64,000 nucleotides of DNA from Candidatus Brocadiia bacterium (GTDB taxonomy: Bacteria; Planctomycetota; Brocadiia; CAIUPP01): the NCBI GenBank assembly GCA_050015075.1, contig JBEKCB010000002.1, positions 128,001-192,000 of the forward strand. Direction: 5' to 3'. Position 1 is the first letter of the stretch, and each line of letters starts with the position of its first letter. Below the pieces are notes generated by a model that saw only the letters and a program-made list of their open reading frames with translations, had not been told where the DNA came from and did not search any database. Positions 45,165-54,103 of this stretch are shown here, in pieces. The position numbers and the translations under genes are program-made.

Positions 45165-46016
45165 ATGAAATTTCTGCCGATGTCCGAATTGCTTTCCGAC
45201 GCCGCCTCGCGCGGATACGCCGTTCCGGCGTTCTGCGTCTGGAACGCCGAAGCCATGGACTGCGCGCTGCGCGTCGCCACGGAGTGCCGCGCGCCGGTGA
45301 TCCTGATGAATGGCCCCGGCGAGTTTTCGCTTCTTCCGCCGGCAGCCATGGCGGCGACGGCCGTCGCCATTTCGGCCAGGTACTCGGTGCGTGCGGCCCT
45401 GCACCTCGACCACGGAGACAGCATCGAGCAAGCGGAGGCCTGCCTCGCCGCCGGCTATACATCCGTCATGCTCGACTTCTCGGCGCGCCCCTATGCGGAG
45501 AACGCCGCCGCGCTCCGGCAGGTCGCTCAGCGGGCGCATCCGCTGGGAGTGACCGTCGAGGGAGAGATCGGGCACGTCGGCAAGGTGGACGACGTCACGA
45601 CCGAAGGCGCGCCCGGTTCCACTCTCACCGTTCCGGCGGAGGCCGCCCGCTATGCCGAGGAGACGGGAGTGGACGTCCTGGCGGTGTCCATCGGCAATGC
45701 GCACGGACAATATACGCGGCTGCCGCGCCTGGACTTCGACCGGCTGGCCGAGATTCACAAGGCGGTGCGCGTTCCCCTCGTGTTGCACGGCGGATCGGGG
45801 ACGCCCGAGGCGGACATCAAGAAAGCGATCTTGCTGGGCATCGCAAAAATCAACGTGGCGACCGAGCTGATCGCAGCCGTCCGCGAATCGCTCAGGGGCC
45901 AGTGGCGCGACGGCCGGAACCTCTGGCTGCCGCTGGCGCAGGCGGAGGCGATGCAGGCGATGGAGCCGGTGCTGCGGAAGTGGATTGCCGCGACCGGCGC
46001 CGCGGGGCGCGGTTGA
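45165..46016 (+). CDS. Class II fructose/tagatose-bisphosphate aldolase
   Basis: GYAVPAF, LHLDHG, SVMLD, VEGEIG, LAVSIGNAHG, LVLHGGSG and KINVAT. Confidence 0.93.
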   Translation: MKFLPMSELLSDAASRGYAVPAFCVWNAEAMDCALRVATECRAPVILMNGPGEFSLLPPAAMAATAVAISARYSVRAALHLDHGDSIEQAEACLAAGYTSVMLDFSARPYAENAAALRQVAQRAHPLGVTVEGEIGHVGKVDDVTTEGAPGSTLTVPAEAARYAEETGVDVLAVSIGNAHGQYTRLPRLDFDRLAEIHKAVRVPLVLHGGSGTPEADIKKAILLGIAKINVATELIAAVRESLRGQWRDGRNLWLPLAQAEAMQAMEPVLRKWIAATGAAGRG

Positions 46017-46057
46017 CGGGAACGGGCGGATATACGCAACTGCGAAGGAGGGATTCG

Positions 46058-47404
46058 ATGGGCTCGGATTCAGTCGTTCGAGACCTCGAGGGCGAACTCG
46101 CGGAGATTCCCGCGCTGGACATCCACACGCACTTGACGTGTGGAAAGCTCGCCGCGCGCGGGCTGCACGACGTGCTGCTTTACCACATGGTGGTCACCGA
46201 CCTGTATGCCGCCGGCTGCCCCAGCGGCGCGCGGCTGACGCAGTATCCGGGTTGGCCGACGCGCGAAGAGGCGCACTCGAGAATCCAGGAGGCGCTGCCG
46301 TACCTGGACAGGATTCGGAACACGAGCCTCTTCTGGGCGTTGCGGACCATCCTGCGCGACCTGTACGACTGGAACGAGCCGATCACCGGCAGGAACTGGG
46401 CGGCGCTCGATGCACTGATCCGTGAACGCGCCGACGATCGCGCCTGGTCGCGCGAGATTATCCGCCGGGCGGGCGTCAAAAAGCTCACCACCGAACTCTC
46501 CCGGCGCGGCGACGGCGGGGATGACGATCTCTTCCACTACTCCATGGAATGGGCCTTCTTCACGCGCACGCAGCGCGGCGAATATGACACGGCGCTCTAC
46601 GAGCTGGAACGATGCTGGGGCAAGAAGCCGGGGACGCCGATTCCGCATGCGGCGGGCGGGCGGCCGGCCTCCGACCGGATTATTCGGACTGTCGAGGACG
46701 TGCGCGCGGCCATGGCCCATTTCGTGAAAGAACTGGCGGCTTCCCGCGTGCTCTCGATCGCCACTCATATCTCGACGGACATCTCCTTCCGGCGCGTCAC
46801 GGACGGCGAGATGGAATCGGCGCTGGCGCGGCGAGCCAAAGCGGGCGCCGAAGAGAGGGACCTGTACGCGTCCTACATTCACGAGCTGTTCCTGGAACAA
46901 CTGACGTCCCTCGCCGACCCGATCGTCTTCCAGTTCAGTTTTGCCGCCGAGCCGATGCCGTTCGAGACGGCCAGCCTGATCCCCCAGCGCGCCATCGCGG
47001 ACCTGGCGGCCGTCGTCGCGCGCCATCCCAAGGTCAAATTCCTCTGCTTCCTGGCGAGCCGCCACGCCAACCAGTCGCTGTGCACGCTCTGCCGGGAACT
47101 GCCCAATCTCTCCCTGGCGGGTTACTGGTGGCACAATTTCTTTCCGGATATCATGCGGCAGGTTTTGGCCGAGCGCCTGGACCTGCTCCCGCTCAACAAG
47201 CAGATAGGTTTTTTCACCGACGCTTACAGCCTCGAATGGACTTACGGGAAGGCGTTCATCATCCGGAAAGTCATGTCGCGCGTGCTGGCGGACAAGATCG
47301 AGTCGGGGCAGTACACGCGCCAGGACGCGCTCGACATCGCCAGGGAGATTCTTTTCGAGACGCCGCAATCGCTGCTTGGAATGGTCCCGGCGAAAGGGCA
47401 ATAG
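46058..47404 (+). CDS. Uronate-isomerase (UxaC)-like amidohydrolase-fold protein
   Basis: LDIHTHL, LLYH, GYWWHNF, FTDAYSLEW, and VLADKIESG...ALDIAREILFETP. Confidence 0.7.
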   Translation: MGSDSVVRDLEGELAEIPALDIHTHLTCGKLAARGLHDVLLYHMVVTDLYAAGCPSGARLTQYPGWPTREEAHSRIQEALPYLDRIRNTSLFWALRTILRDLYDWNEPITGRNWAALDALIRERADDRAWSREIIRRAGVKKLTTELSRRGDGGDDDLFHYSMEWAFFTRTQRGEYDTALYELERCWGKKPGTPIPHAAGGRPASDRIIRTVEDVRAAMAHFVKELAASRVLSIATHISTDISFRRVTDGEMESALARRAKAGAEERDLYASYIHELFLEQLTSLADPIVFQFSFAAEPMPFETASLIPQRAIADLAAVVARHPKVKFLCFLASRHANQSLCTLCRELPNLSLAGYWWHNFFPDIMRQVLAERLDLLPLNKQIGFFTDAYSLEWTYGKAFIIRKVMSRVLADKIESGQYTRQDALDIAREILFETPQSLLGMVPAKGQ

Positions 47405-47479
47405 TCCGACCTTCTTGCGGTTCCCGGCGGCGCGTGCTAAAGTCCCGCGGGCGCAGGATGATGGAGAAAGGAGACCGCG

Positions 47480-48256
47480 ATGCCTAAACAGAATTCTCTG
47501 CTCGACGGAACGCGCTCGTCGCCGCAATGGCGGAAGGCCCGGCCGAAACTGTGCGTGCTGCCCGTCGGCGCGTTCGAGCAGCATTCCGAGCATCTGCCGC
47601 TCGCCACCGATGACATCCAGGTGGAGTACTTCGGCCGGTTCGTCGCAGGCGAGCTGGGCGCGGCGCTGCTGCCCACTCTGGATTACGGGACCAGCCTGGA
47701 GCATACCGGCTTCCCGGGAACGGTCTCGCTCAAGCCGGAGACGCTCATGCAGGTGATCCGCGACATCGCCGGCGAGGTCGAGCGGCAAGGGATCACGACC
47801 ATGATCCTCCTCAACGGCCACGGCGGAAACTTCGCGCTGGTGCCGGTCGTGCGCGACATCAACCGCTCGGACCGGAAGCTGAAGATTCTGCTCGTGACGT
47901 GGTACGGTTTCCAGGATGAAGAGGGCCTCGACTCAACCGCGCAGGGCAAGCCGGACATCCACGCGGGCGAAGGCGAGACTTCCGTCATGCTCGCCCTGCG
48001 GCCCGATCTCGTCCAGCCGGGCAGGCCGCGCCTGAAGTTCACCGTCAAGGGCTTTGAACAGCCGGACCTCACGACGTTCGGCGTCGGCTTTGTCGCGCCC
48101 AGGGGCAATTACGGAGACGCTTCGCTGGCCTCGCGCGAGAAAGGCGAGAAGTTCATCCTCAGCAGCAAGCGCAACTTGATGAAGCACATCCGGCAACGCC
48201 TGGCGTGGCTGCGCAAGAGCCGAATCTATTACCGGAGCGGACGAGCCGGAAAATAA
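47480..48256 (+). CDS. Creatininase-family amidohydrolase
   Basis: LPVGAFEQHSEHLPLATD, EHTGFPGT, NGHGGN and HAGEGETS. Confidence 0.92.
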   Translation: MPKQNSLLDGTRSSPQWRKARPKLCVLPVGAFEQHSEHLPLATDDIQVEYFGRFVAGELGAALLPTLDYGTSLEHTGFPGTVSLKPETLMQVIRDIAGEVERQGITTMILLNGHGGNFALVPVVRDINRSDRKLKILLVTWYGFQDEEGLDSTAQGKPDIHAGEGETSVMLALRPDLVQPGRPRLKFTVKGFEQPDLTTFGVGFVAPRGNYGDASLASREKGEKFILSSKRNLMKHIRQRLAWLRKSRIYYRSGRAGK

Positions 48257-48302
48257 AAGCCAGCCGCCGCGATCGGGCACGCGGCGGCGGCCCGTCGCGA
48301 CA

Positions 48303-48331
48303 TTGCATCCCCAGTGACGTGCTGATATTAT
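48303..48331 (+). promoter_or_regulatory. Sigma70 promoter with extended -10
   Basis: TTGCAT-17 bp-TATTAT, preceded by TG. Confidence 0.6.
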
Positions 48332-48371
48332 TGCCCCATACCCTTTAGAATCGCAGGAGCGCTGAGCAACC

Positions 48372-49697
48372 ATGAAAATGCAGAGCACGCCGAACGCCGT
48401 GATTCCCGCGCGGCTGCATGCGTCGGGTTTCGAGAAGTCCGACTCCAATTTCTACTCCCTGTCGCCGGCGAGCGACGGGAACGTGTATTACACCCTCTCC
48501 TCGCACGACTTGAACACGCACGGCCGGGTCTACCGCTACGAGCCTTCAACCGACCGGGTGAAACTCCTCGGCGACCTGGGCGAACTGGTCGGCGAGGCGG
48601 GGCGCAAGACGATTCCGCAGGGGAAATCGCACTGCCCGTTCTTCGAGTGCGACGGGAAACTGTATCTCTCCACGCAGTACGGATTCTTCAAGGCCTCCGA
48701 CGACAAGGAACGGCCGGCGGGAGTGCCCGAGGGATACAAACCGTATCCCGGCGGACATTTCATCTCATACGATCTGGCGACAGGGCGATTCGAGGACCTG
48801 GTGATCGGCGTGCCGGAGGAAGGCATCATCGCGATGCAGCTCGACCCCGCGCGCAAGCGCATCTATGGGCTGACCTGGCCGAAGGGCTACTTCCTGGTCT
48901 ATGACATCGCCGCGCGCCGGCTGCGCAACCTGGGCAAGGTCTCCCGCGACGGCGAGGTCGGCGAAGGCCAGAATTACCTCTGCCTGTGCCGTAGCATGGG
49001 CGTCTGGCCGGAGACGGGCGACGTTTACTTCACGAATGCCGACGGCGAAATCCTGCGATACAGCTTCGCACGCGACCTCGTGGAGCCGGCGGCGGGCGTC
49101 CATATGAAACGCGACATCTTCGGCGCGTGGGACCCGCACAAGCCCGGCCACCAGGGGTACAACTGGCGCGACCTGTTCTGGCACGAGGCGGACCACGTCT
49201 TCTACGGTGTCCATCCGAAATCCGGCTATCTCTTCCGCTTCGATCCGGCCGCGCCGCGGCTGACGCTGCTCGACCGGATCTGCGCGCAGGAACTGCGCGA
49301 AAGCGGGCAGTTCGAGCCGTTCCGCTATGGCTATCTCTCGCTCCGGATCGGCCCGGACGGTCACACCGTTTACTATCTCACGAGCACTTACGGTCTCACG
49401 ACGGACGACGGCCGGCGCGTGAAGGAGGCCGTTCACCTGGTGACGTACCATCTCCGCAGCGGGGAGTACGCCGACCATGGCGTGCTGCGGCTGGCCGACG
49501 GCCGATACCCCTCGATGGCGCACACGCTCGTCGTCCACCCGAACGGAAAGCTGTACTCCTGCCCGTGGATCGAGCCTTCTCCAACGGGCCTGGACCGCAA
49601 GGCGGCGCCTATCTGTGACCTGATCAGTTTCGATGGCCCTGCGCCCGCGGCCGCAGAAAATCGGCGCCCGGCGAAAAATCGAAAGGGCCGCGAATGA
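48372..49697 (+). CDS. Uncharacterised cytoplasmic beta-propeller protein
   Basis: Repeated blades (YRYEP, ISYDLATG, LVYDIAAR, FRFDP), GKSH motif and no signal peptide. Confidence 0.75.
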   Translation: MKMQSTPNAVIPARLHASGFEKSDSNFYSLSPASDGNVYYTLSSHDLNTHGRVYRYEPSTDRVKLLGDLGELVGEAGRKTIPQGKSHCPFFECDGKLYLSTQYGFFKASDDKERPAGVPEGYKPYPGGHFISYDLATGRFEDLVIGVPEEGIIAMQLDPARKRIYGLTWPKGYFLVYDIAARRLRNLGKVSRDGEVGEGQNYLCLCRSMGVWPETGDVYFTNADGEILRYSFARDLVEPAAGVHMKRDIFGAWDPHKPGHQGYNWRDLFWHEADHVFYGVHPKSGYLFRFDPAAPRLTLLDRICAQELRESGQFEPFRYGYLSLRIGPDGHTVYYLTSTYGLTTDDGRRVKEAVHLVTYHLRSGEYADHGVLRLADGRYPSMAHTLVVHPNGKLYSCPWIEPSPTGLDRKAAPICDLISFDGPAPAAAENRRPAKNRKGRE

Positions 49698-50464
49698 GCA
49701 TGATCGTGCTCGAGGAGACCTGCCAGGCGGACCTCAAGGGAAAGCCCGTCGAGGTCGCCGTGCTGCCCATCGGGTCGTGCGAGGTGCACGGGCTGCACTT
49801 GCCGTACGGGACCGACGCGTTCCAGGCGGGGATCTTCGCGCGCCGGGCGGCGGAACTGGCGGCCGCGCGCGGCGCGGGCGTCCTCGTGATGCCGGCTCTG
49901 CCCTATGGCTGCGATCAAAACCTCATGGCGTTTCCGTTCACGGTCGGCCTGAGTCCGAGCACGATCCTCAAGGTGATGGACGATCTCGTCGGCGCCCTGG
50001 CGCAGCATGGGATCCGAAAGGTCCTCCTGCTCAACGGGCATGGAGGCAACAGCGGCACGCTCGACGCGACGCTGCGCGAACTCTACGGCAAGCACAAAGT
50101 TTTCCTGGCTCGGATGGACTGCTGGTCCGTCGCCTCTGACGTGGTGGACGCCGTGCGCGAAACGGCGGAGATCGAGCACGCGGATGAAATCGAGACCTCG
50201 ATCGCGCTGGCGCTTTTCCCGCAATTCGTCAACATGGCCGCAGCGAAGCCGGCGCCGACGAATCCGTCGCGCCTTCCGCTGCTCAAGAAGTACGGCAAGT
50301 TCAGCCGGCCCTGGCATCTCTTCACCCGGAACGGCGGCGTCGGAGATCCGACGAAGGCGACTCGCGAGAAGGGCGAAAAGGTCGTTCAGGCGACCATCGC
50401 CCGGATCGCGGACGTCCTTGTGGAACTTTCCACGACTAAATACGACGAGCGGTTTCCATACTGA
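49694..50464 (+). CDS. Creatininase-family amidohydrolase
   Basis: LPIGSCEVHGLHLPYGTD, NGHGGN, HADEIETS and GDPTKATREKG. ATGA overlap with the propeller gene. Confidence 0.92.
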   Translation: MSMIVLEETCQADLKGKPVEVAVLPIGSCEVHGLHLPYGTDAFQAGIFARRAAELAAARGAGVLVMPALPYGCDQNLMAFPFTVGLSPSTILKVMDDLVGALAQHGIRKVLLLNGHGGNSGTLDATLRELYGKHKVFLARMDCWSVASDVVDAVRETAEIEHADEIETSIALALFPQFVNMAAAKPAPTNPSRLPLLKKYGKFSRPWHLFTRNGGVGDPTKATREKGEKVVQATIARIADVLVELSTTKYDERFPY

Positions 50465-50556
50465 GCGGGGTGTTGAGTCAAACCCATCCGACCGTTCCGG
50501 CACGGCATCTAAGTCTATCCTGCCTACCCAAGTTTCCAGATTGCGTCTCCTCCTGA

Positions 50557-50622
50557 TTTAACGTTTTCTTAACAACTTTGCCCCACATTCTTACAGCAAC
50601 CTTATGTCCCCTTTGTTAAACT
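50557..50622 (+). promoter_or_regulatory. KdpE/OmpR-type direct-repeat operator and extended -10
   Basis: YTTA boxes at 50557, 50568, 50590 and 50601 (11-bp phasing), then TG-T-TAAACT at 50614-50622. Confidence 0.65.
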
Positions 50623-50688
50623 TTTCAGAATAGCGTGGGGGCATGACGACGCACAGTGTGGGGCGGAGTTGGAGAGAAGAGATCGCCG

Positions 50689-51981
50689 ATGAGACACAAG
50701 TGGTTGGAATTCAGCGCGGGGGCTTTCGCAACATTGCTTAGCGCAGCCGGATATCTCTGCGCGGCGGATTCGCCAACGAGCGCGGCGTCCGAGCCCGCCG
50801 GCCAGTCCGCGCCGGCGACTCCGCCGCCGGCGGCCGCGCCGGAGGTCTGGCCGCCCGGGCTGATCATGGATGGCTTGAAGGACACGTCGATCGGGAAAGA
50901 GATGAACGATCTGGGACTGAGACTCTGGGGCGCTGCCGAGATAGGGTTCACCGGCCGGCTGACCAACGGTGAGAGCCCGCTGCCGTTGCGCGATTACGAC
51001 GCGCCGCGGCCGGACAGCCTGCGCCTCAATCAAGTGCAACTGACGCTGGACCGCCCGTACGACAACAGCAAGAGCTTCGACTTCGGCGGACGCCTCGACC
51101 TGCTGTACGGCGGCGACGCCCGATTCACGCACGCCGCGGGCCTGGCCGACCATATCGGCGGGATGGGCAACGACGACTTCCAGTGGGCCGACCTGCTCCA
51201 AGCGTACGGCCAGCTCTGGTTCAAGACCGGAGCGGACAGCGGGCTGGAGCTGACGTTCGGAAAGTTCCTCGAACTGGCCGGCAGCGAGTCGGCCGAGGCG
51301 ACGAACAACCTGCTTTATTCCCACAGCGACATCTACACCTTCCTCGAGCCGACGACCCACACAGGCGGCATGGCGAAGTATATCTTCAACTCTCAATTCT
51401 TCGCCTACTTCGGCATCGTTGAGGGTTGGGACGTGGTCGAGGACAACAACACCGCGGTGACCTACATCGCCGGCGGCGGCTGGTCAAGCAAGACGCAGGT
51501 CGCAGGGCACGCGCAGACGCAGGCGCTCCTGAACATCATCACCGGTCCCGAGCGGACCGACGACAACAGCGACTATCGAACGCTGACGGACGTGGTGATC
51601 AACCAGAGCTGGACCGACAAGCTGACCGAGTCGTTGAACTTCGATTGGCTGGCGGAGGAGAACGTGCCGGGGATCGCCCACAAGCGCGCCGACGCCTACG
51701 GCGCCGCGCACTACCTGACGTACGTCTTCAACGACTACGTCAGCGGCACGTGGCGGCTGGAGGAGATGCGCGACGACGGCGGCTGGCGGACCGGGGTGAA
51801 CGGTGACCTCTACGAGAGCACGATCGGCGCGAGCCTGACGCCGGCGCCGAGCCATCCGCAACTGAAGAACCTGGTGCTGCGGCCGGAGTTCCGCTGCGAC
51901 TGGTCGGACAACCCCGACGCCTTCGGCCATGGCCACGAGAGCCAGCTCACTCTGGCCGTGGACCTCATCTACAAGTTCTAA
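50689..51981 (+). CDS. Outer-membrane beta-barrel porin (BBP2-like)
   Basis: Signal peptide, LNQVQL, DLLYGGDA, GKF...E...NNLLYSHS, LRPEFRCDW and terminal DLIYKF. Confidence 0.82.
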   Translation: MRHKWLEFSAGAFATLLSAAGYLCAADSPTSAASEPAGQSAPATPPPAAAPEVWPPGLIMDGLKDTSIGKEMNDLGLRLWGAAEIGFTGRLTNGESPLPLRDYDAPRPDSLRLNQVQLTLDRPYDNSKSFDFGGRLDLLYGGDARFTHAAGLADHIGGMGNDDFQWADLLQAYGQLWFKTGADSGLELTFGKFLELAGSESAEATNNLLYSHSDIYTFLEPTTHTGGMAKYIFNSQFFAYFGIVEGWDVVEDNNTAVTYIAGGGWSSKTQVAGHAQTQALLNIITGPERTDDNSDYRTLTDVVINQSWTDKLTESLNFDWLAEENVPGIAHKRADAYGAAHYLTYVFNDYVSGTWRLEEMRDDGGWRTGVNGDLYESTIGASLTPAPSHPQLKNLVLRPEFRCDWSDNPDAFGHGHESQLTLAVDLIYKF

Positions 51982-52004
51982 CTCTGAGAAGAGAGGAGTG
52001 TCCT

Positions 52005-52100
52005 ATGAATCTCGCATTCTGGTTGCCGGCAATGTTTGCGCTGGGCTTTGTGGGGCTGGGATTGTGTTTTCTGTTCCTGATCGCTTGCGAGAAAATCTAA
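52005..52100 (+). CDS. 31-aa single-TM peptide upstream of kdpF
   Basis: GAGGAG RBS. Sequence MNLAFWLPAMFALGFVGLGLCFLFLIACEKI. Not in the ORF track. Confidence 0.75.
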   Translation: MNLAFWLPAMFALGFVGLGLCFLFLIACEKI

Positions 52101-52110
52101 GGAGAGGCTA

Positions 52111-52191
52111 ATGATCTACCTAACTGCAGTGGTCGCGGCGTTCCTCTTTATTTATTTAATCGTCGCCATGGTCCGGCCGGAATGGTTCTAA
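52111..52191 (+). CDS. kdpF: K+-transporting ATPase subunit F
   Basis: MIYLTAVVAAFLFIYLIVAMVRPEWF, with the YL..A...PE.F signature and GGAG RBS. Confidence 0.9.
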   Translation: MIYLTAVVAAFLFIYLIVAMVRPEWF

Positions 52192-52233
52192 ACCACGGCG
52201 ATCCGGCGTCCTGAAAAGGAAGGAGCATATCCC

Positions 52234-54057
52234 ATGACAATCTGGCTTCTGCCGCTTGTGCTGTTAGTCTTCACAACGCTCTGCGCGATCCCGCTGAGCC
52301 GCTACCTGGCGTGGATCATGGATGGAAAATACCGCGCCCCGAAACTGCTGAGCTGGTTTGAAAAGCGATTGGACACCGGCCCGCAGGATTGGAAGCGGTA
52401 CACGGCCGCGTTGCTCATATTCAACGCGGTGATGTTCGTCTTCGGGTACCTGGTCCTGGCGCTCCAGCCGTTTATGCCGTGGAACCCGCGTGGACTAGGC
52501 CTCTTGTCGCCGACGGCCATTTTCAATGCCGTCGCTTCCTTCATCACGAATACGAACCTCCAGCACTATGCGGGCGACCAGCATTTCTCCAACTTTAGCC
52601 AGGTGTTTTTCGTCATCTTCAATCAATTCACTTCAGCAGCGGTAGGGTTCTGCGCGCTGACGGCGATCATCCGCGCCTTCCGCGGCGAGAAGACCGTCGG
52701 CAATTACTTTATTGACATGTGGCGAGTGGTGGTCTACGCGTTCCTCCCGGCCGCCTTCATCATCGGCGTCATCTTCATCACCCAGGGCATGCCGATGACG
52801 CACCGAAGCGCGTACCAGGTCTCGACGCTTGAAGCCGGGGCGATGGGCACGGACGACAAGGGCCAGGCGAAACAGCAAACGGTGGTGGTCGGCCCGGTCG
52901 CGGCCGTCATCCCGATCAAGATGCTCGGCACGAACGGCGGCGGATTCTACGGCATGAACTCCGCCCATCCGTTCGAGAATCCCACGGGCCTAACCAACTT
53001 CGTGACGACGTTTGCCATGATGCTGTTCCCATTCGCGTTGGTATTGATGTACGGTCGAATGCTCGGCCGGTTGCGACACGCCGCGGTGATCTTCGCCGTG
53101 ATGATGCTCATGATGATCGGCACGATCGTGTGGGTGATCCACTTCGACACCCTGAAACCGAACCCCGGATTGACCGCGCATCCGGTTGCCCAAACCTACG
53201 AGATCCGCAGCGCCACGTCGCCGGGCGCAAAACGCATCGTGACCTCGCCGGCGGTTGCGGGGCTGCCGGTGGATCAGCACATGGGCAATCTCGAAGGCAA
53301 AGAAATGCGCTTCGGCACGTCGGCGGGCGCGACGTTCGCCGCCGTCACGGTGGACGTGACCTGCGGCGCCGTGAACGCCGAACACGACAGCCTGAATCCC
53401 GTCGCCGCGTTGTCGCCCATGACCGGAATGTGGCTGAACTGCATTTTCGGCGGCAAAGGTGTCGGCATGATCAACATGCTGATCTTCGTGATCATCGGCA
53501 TCTTCATCGCCGGGATGATGGTCGGGCGGACGCCCGAATACCTGGGCAGGAAGATCGGCGCTCGCGAGGTCAAGCTCGCGGTCATCGCCTTGCTGGTCCA
53601 TCCGTTCATGATCCTGTTCCCCACCGGCCTGTTCGCCGCGACGGACTGGGGGCTCAAGGCCACCAGCAATCCCGGCTCGCACGGCTTCTCGCAGATGGTG
53701 TACCAGTTCTCCTCCGCGTCCGCCAACAACGGGTCGGCCTTCGACGGACTGGGCGTCACCTACGGGTTCTACAACAATCCGAATCCGTCGCCGGAAGCCA
53801 TTCCATGGGACATCGCGACGGGCCTGGTGATGCTGTTCAGCCGTTATCTTCCGATCATCGCGCCGATCGCCATGGCCGCTTATCTCGGCGCGAAGAAGCC
53901 CGCTCCGTTCGGTCCGGGAACCTTGCGCGATGACACCGCCACGTTCGGTTTCCTGGTGCTCGCGACGGTGGTCATCGTCGGCGCCTTGCTTTTTCTGCCG
54001 GTGGCGGCACTCGGGCCGCTGGCGGAACACCTGGGACCGATTCCGTTTGGCGGTTGA
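52234..54057 (+). CDS. kdpA: K+-transporting ATPase subunit A
   Basis: SFITNTNLQHY, LGTNGGG, NSAHPFENP, EGKEMRFG, CGAVN, GRTPEYLG and ANNGSAF. Confidence 0.97.
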   Translation: MTIWLLPLVLLVFTTLCAIPLSRYLAWIMDGKYRAPKLLSWFEKRLDTGPQDWKRYTAALLIFNAVMFVFGYLVLALQPFMPWNPRGLGLLSPTAIFNAVASFITNTNLQHYAGDQHFSNFSQVFFVIFNQFTSAAVGFCALTAIIRAFRGEKTVGNYFIDMWRVVVYAFLPAAFIIGVIFITQGMPMTHRSAYQVSTLEAGAMGTDDKGQAKQQTVVVGPVAAVIPIKMLGTNGGGFYGMNSAHPFENPTGLTNFVTTFAMMLFPFALVLMYGRMLGRLRHAAVIFAVMMLMMIGTIVWVIHFDTLKPNPGLTAHPVAQTYEIRSATSPGAKRIVTSPAVAGLPVDQHMGNLEGKEMRFGTSAGATFAAVTVDVTCGAVNAEHDSLNPVAALSPMTGMWLNCIFGGKGVGMINMLIFVIIGIFIAGMMVGRTPEYLGRKIGAREVKLAVIALLVHPFMILFPTGLFAATDWGLKATSNPGSHGFSQMVYQFSSASANNGSAFDGLGVTYGFYNNPNPSPEAIPWDIATGLVMLFSRYLPIIAPIAMAAYLGAKKPAPFGPGTLRDDTATFGFLVLATVVIVGALLFLPVAALGPLAEHLGPIPFGG

Positions 54058-54103
54058 CGCCTTTTCAAATGAACTCGTCCATGACTGATAAGGAGTGCTC
54101 CTC

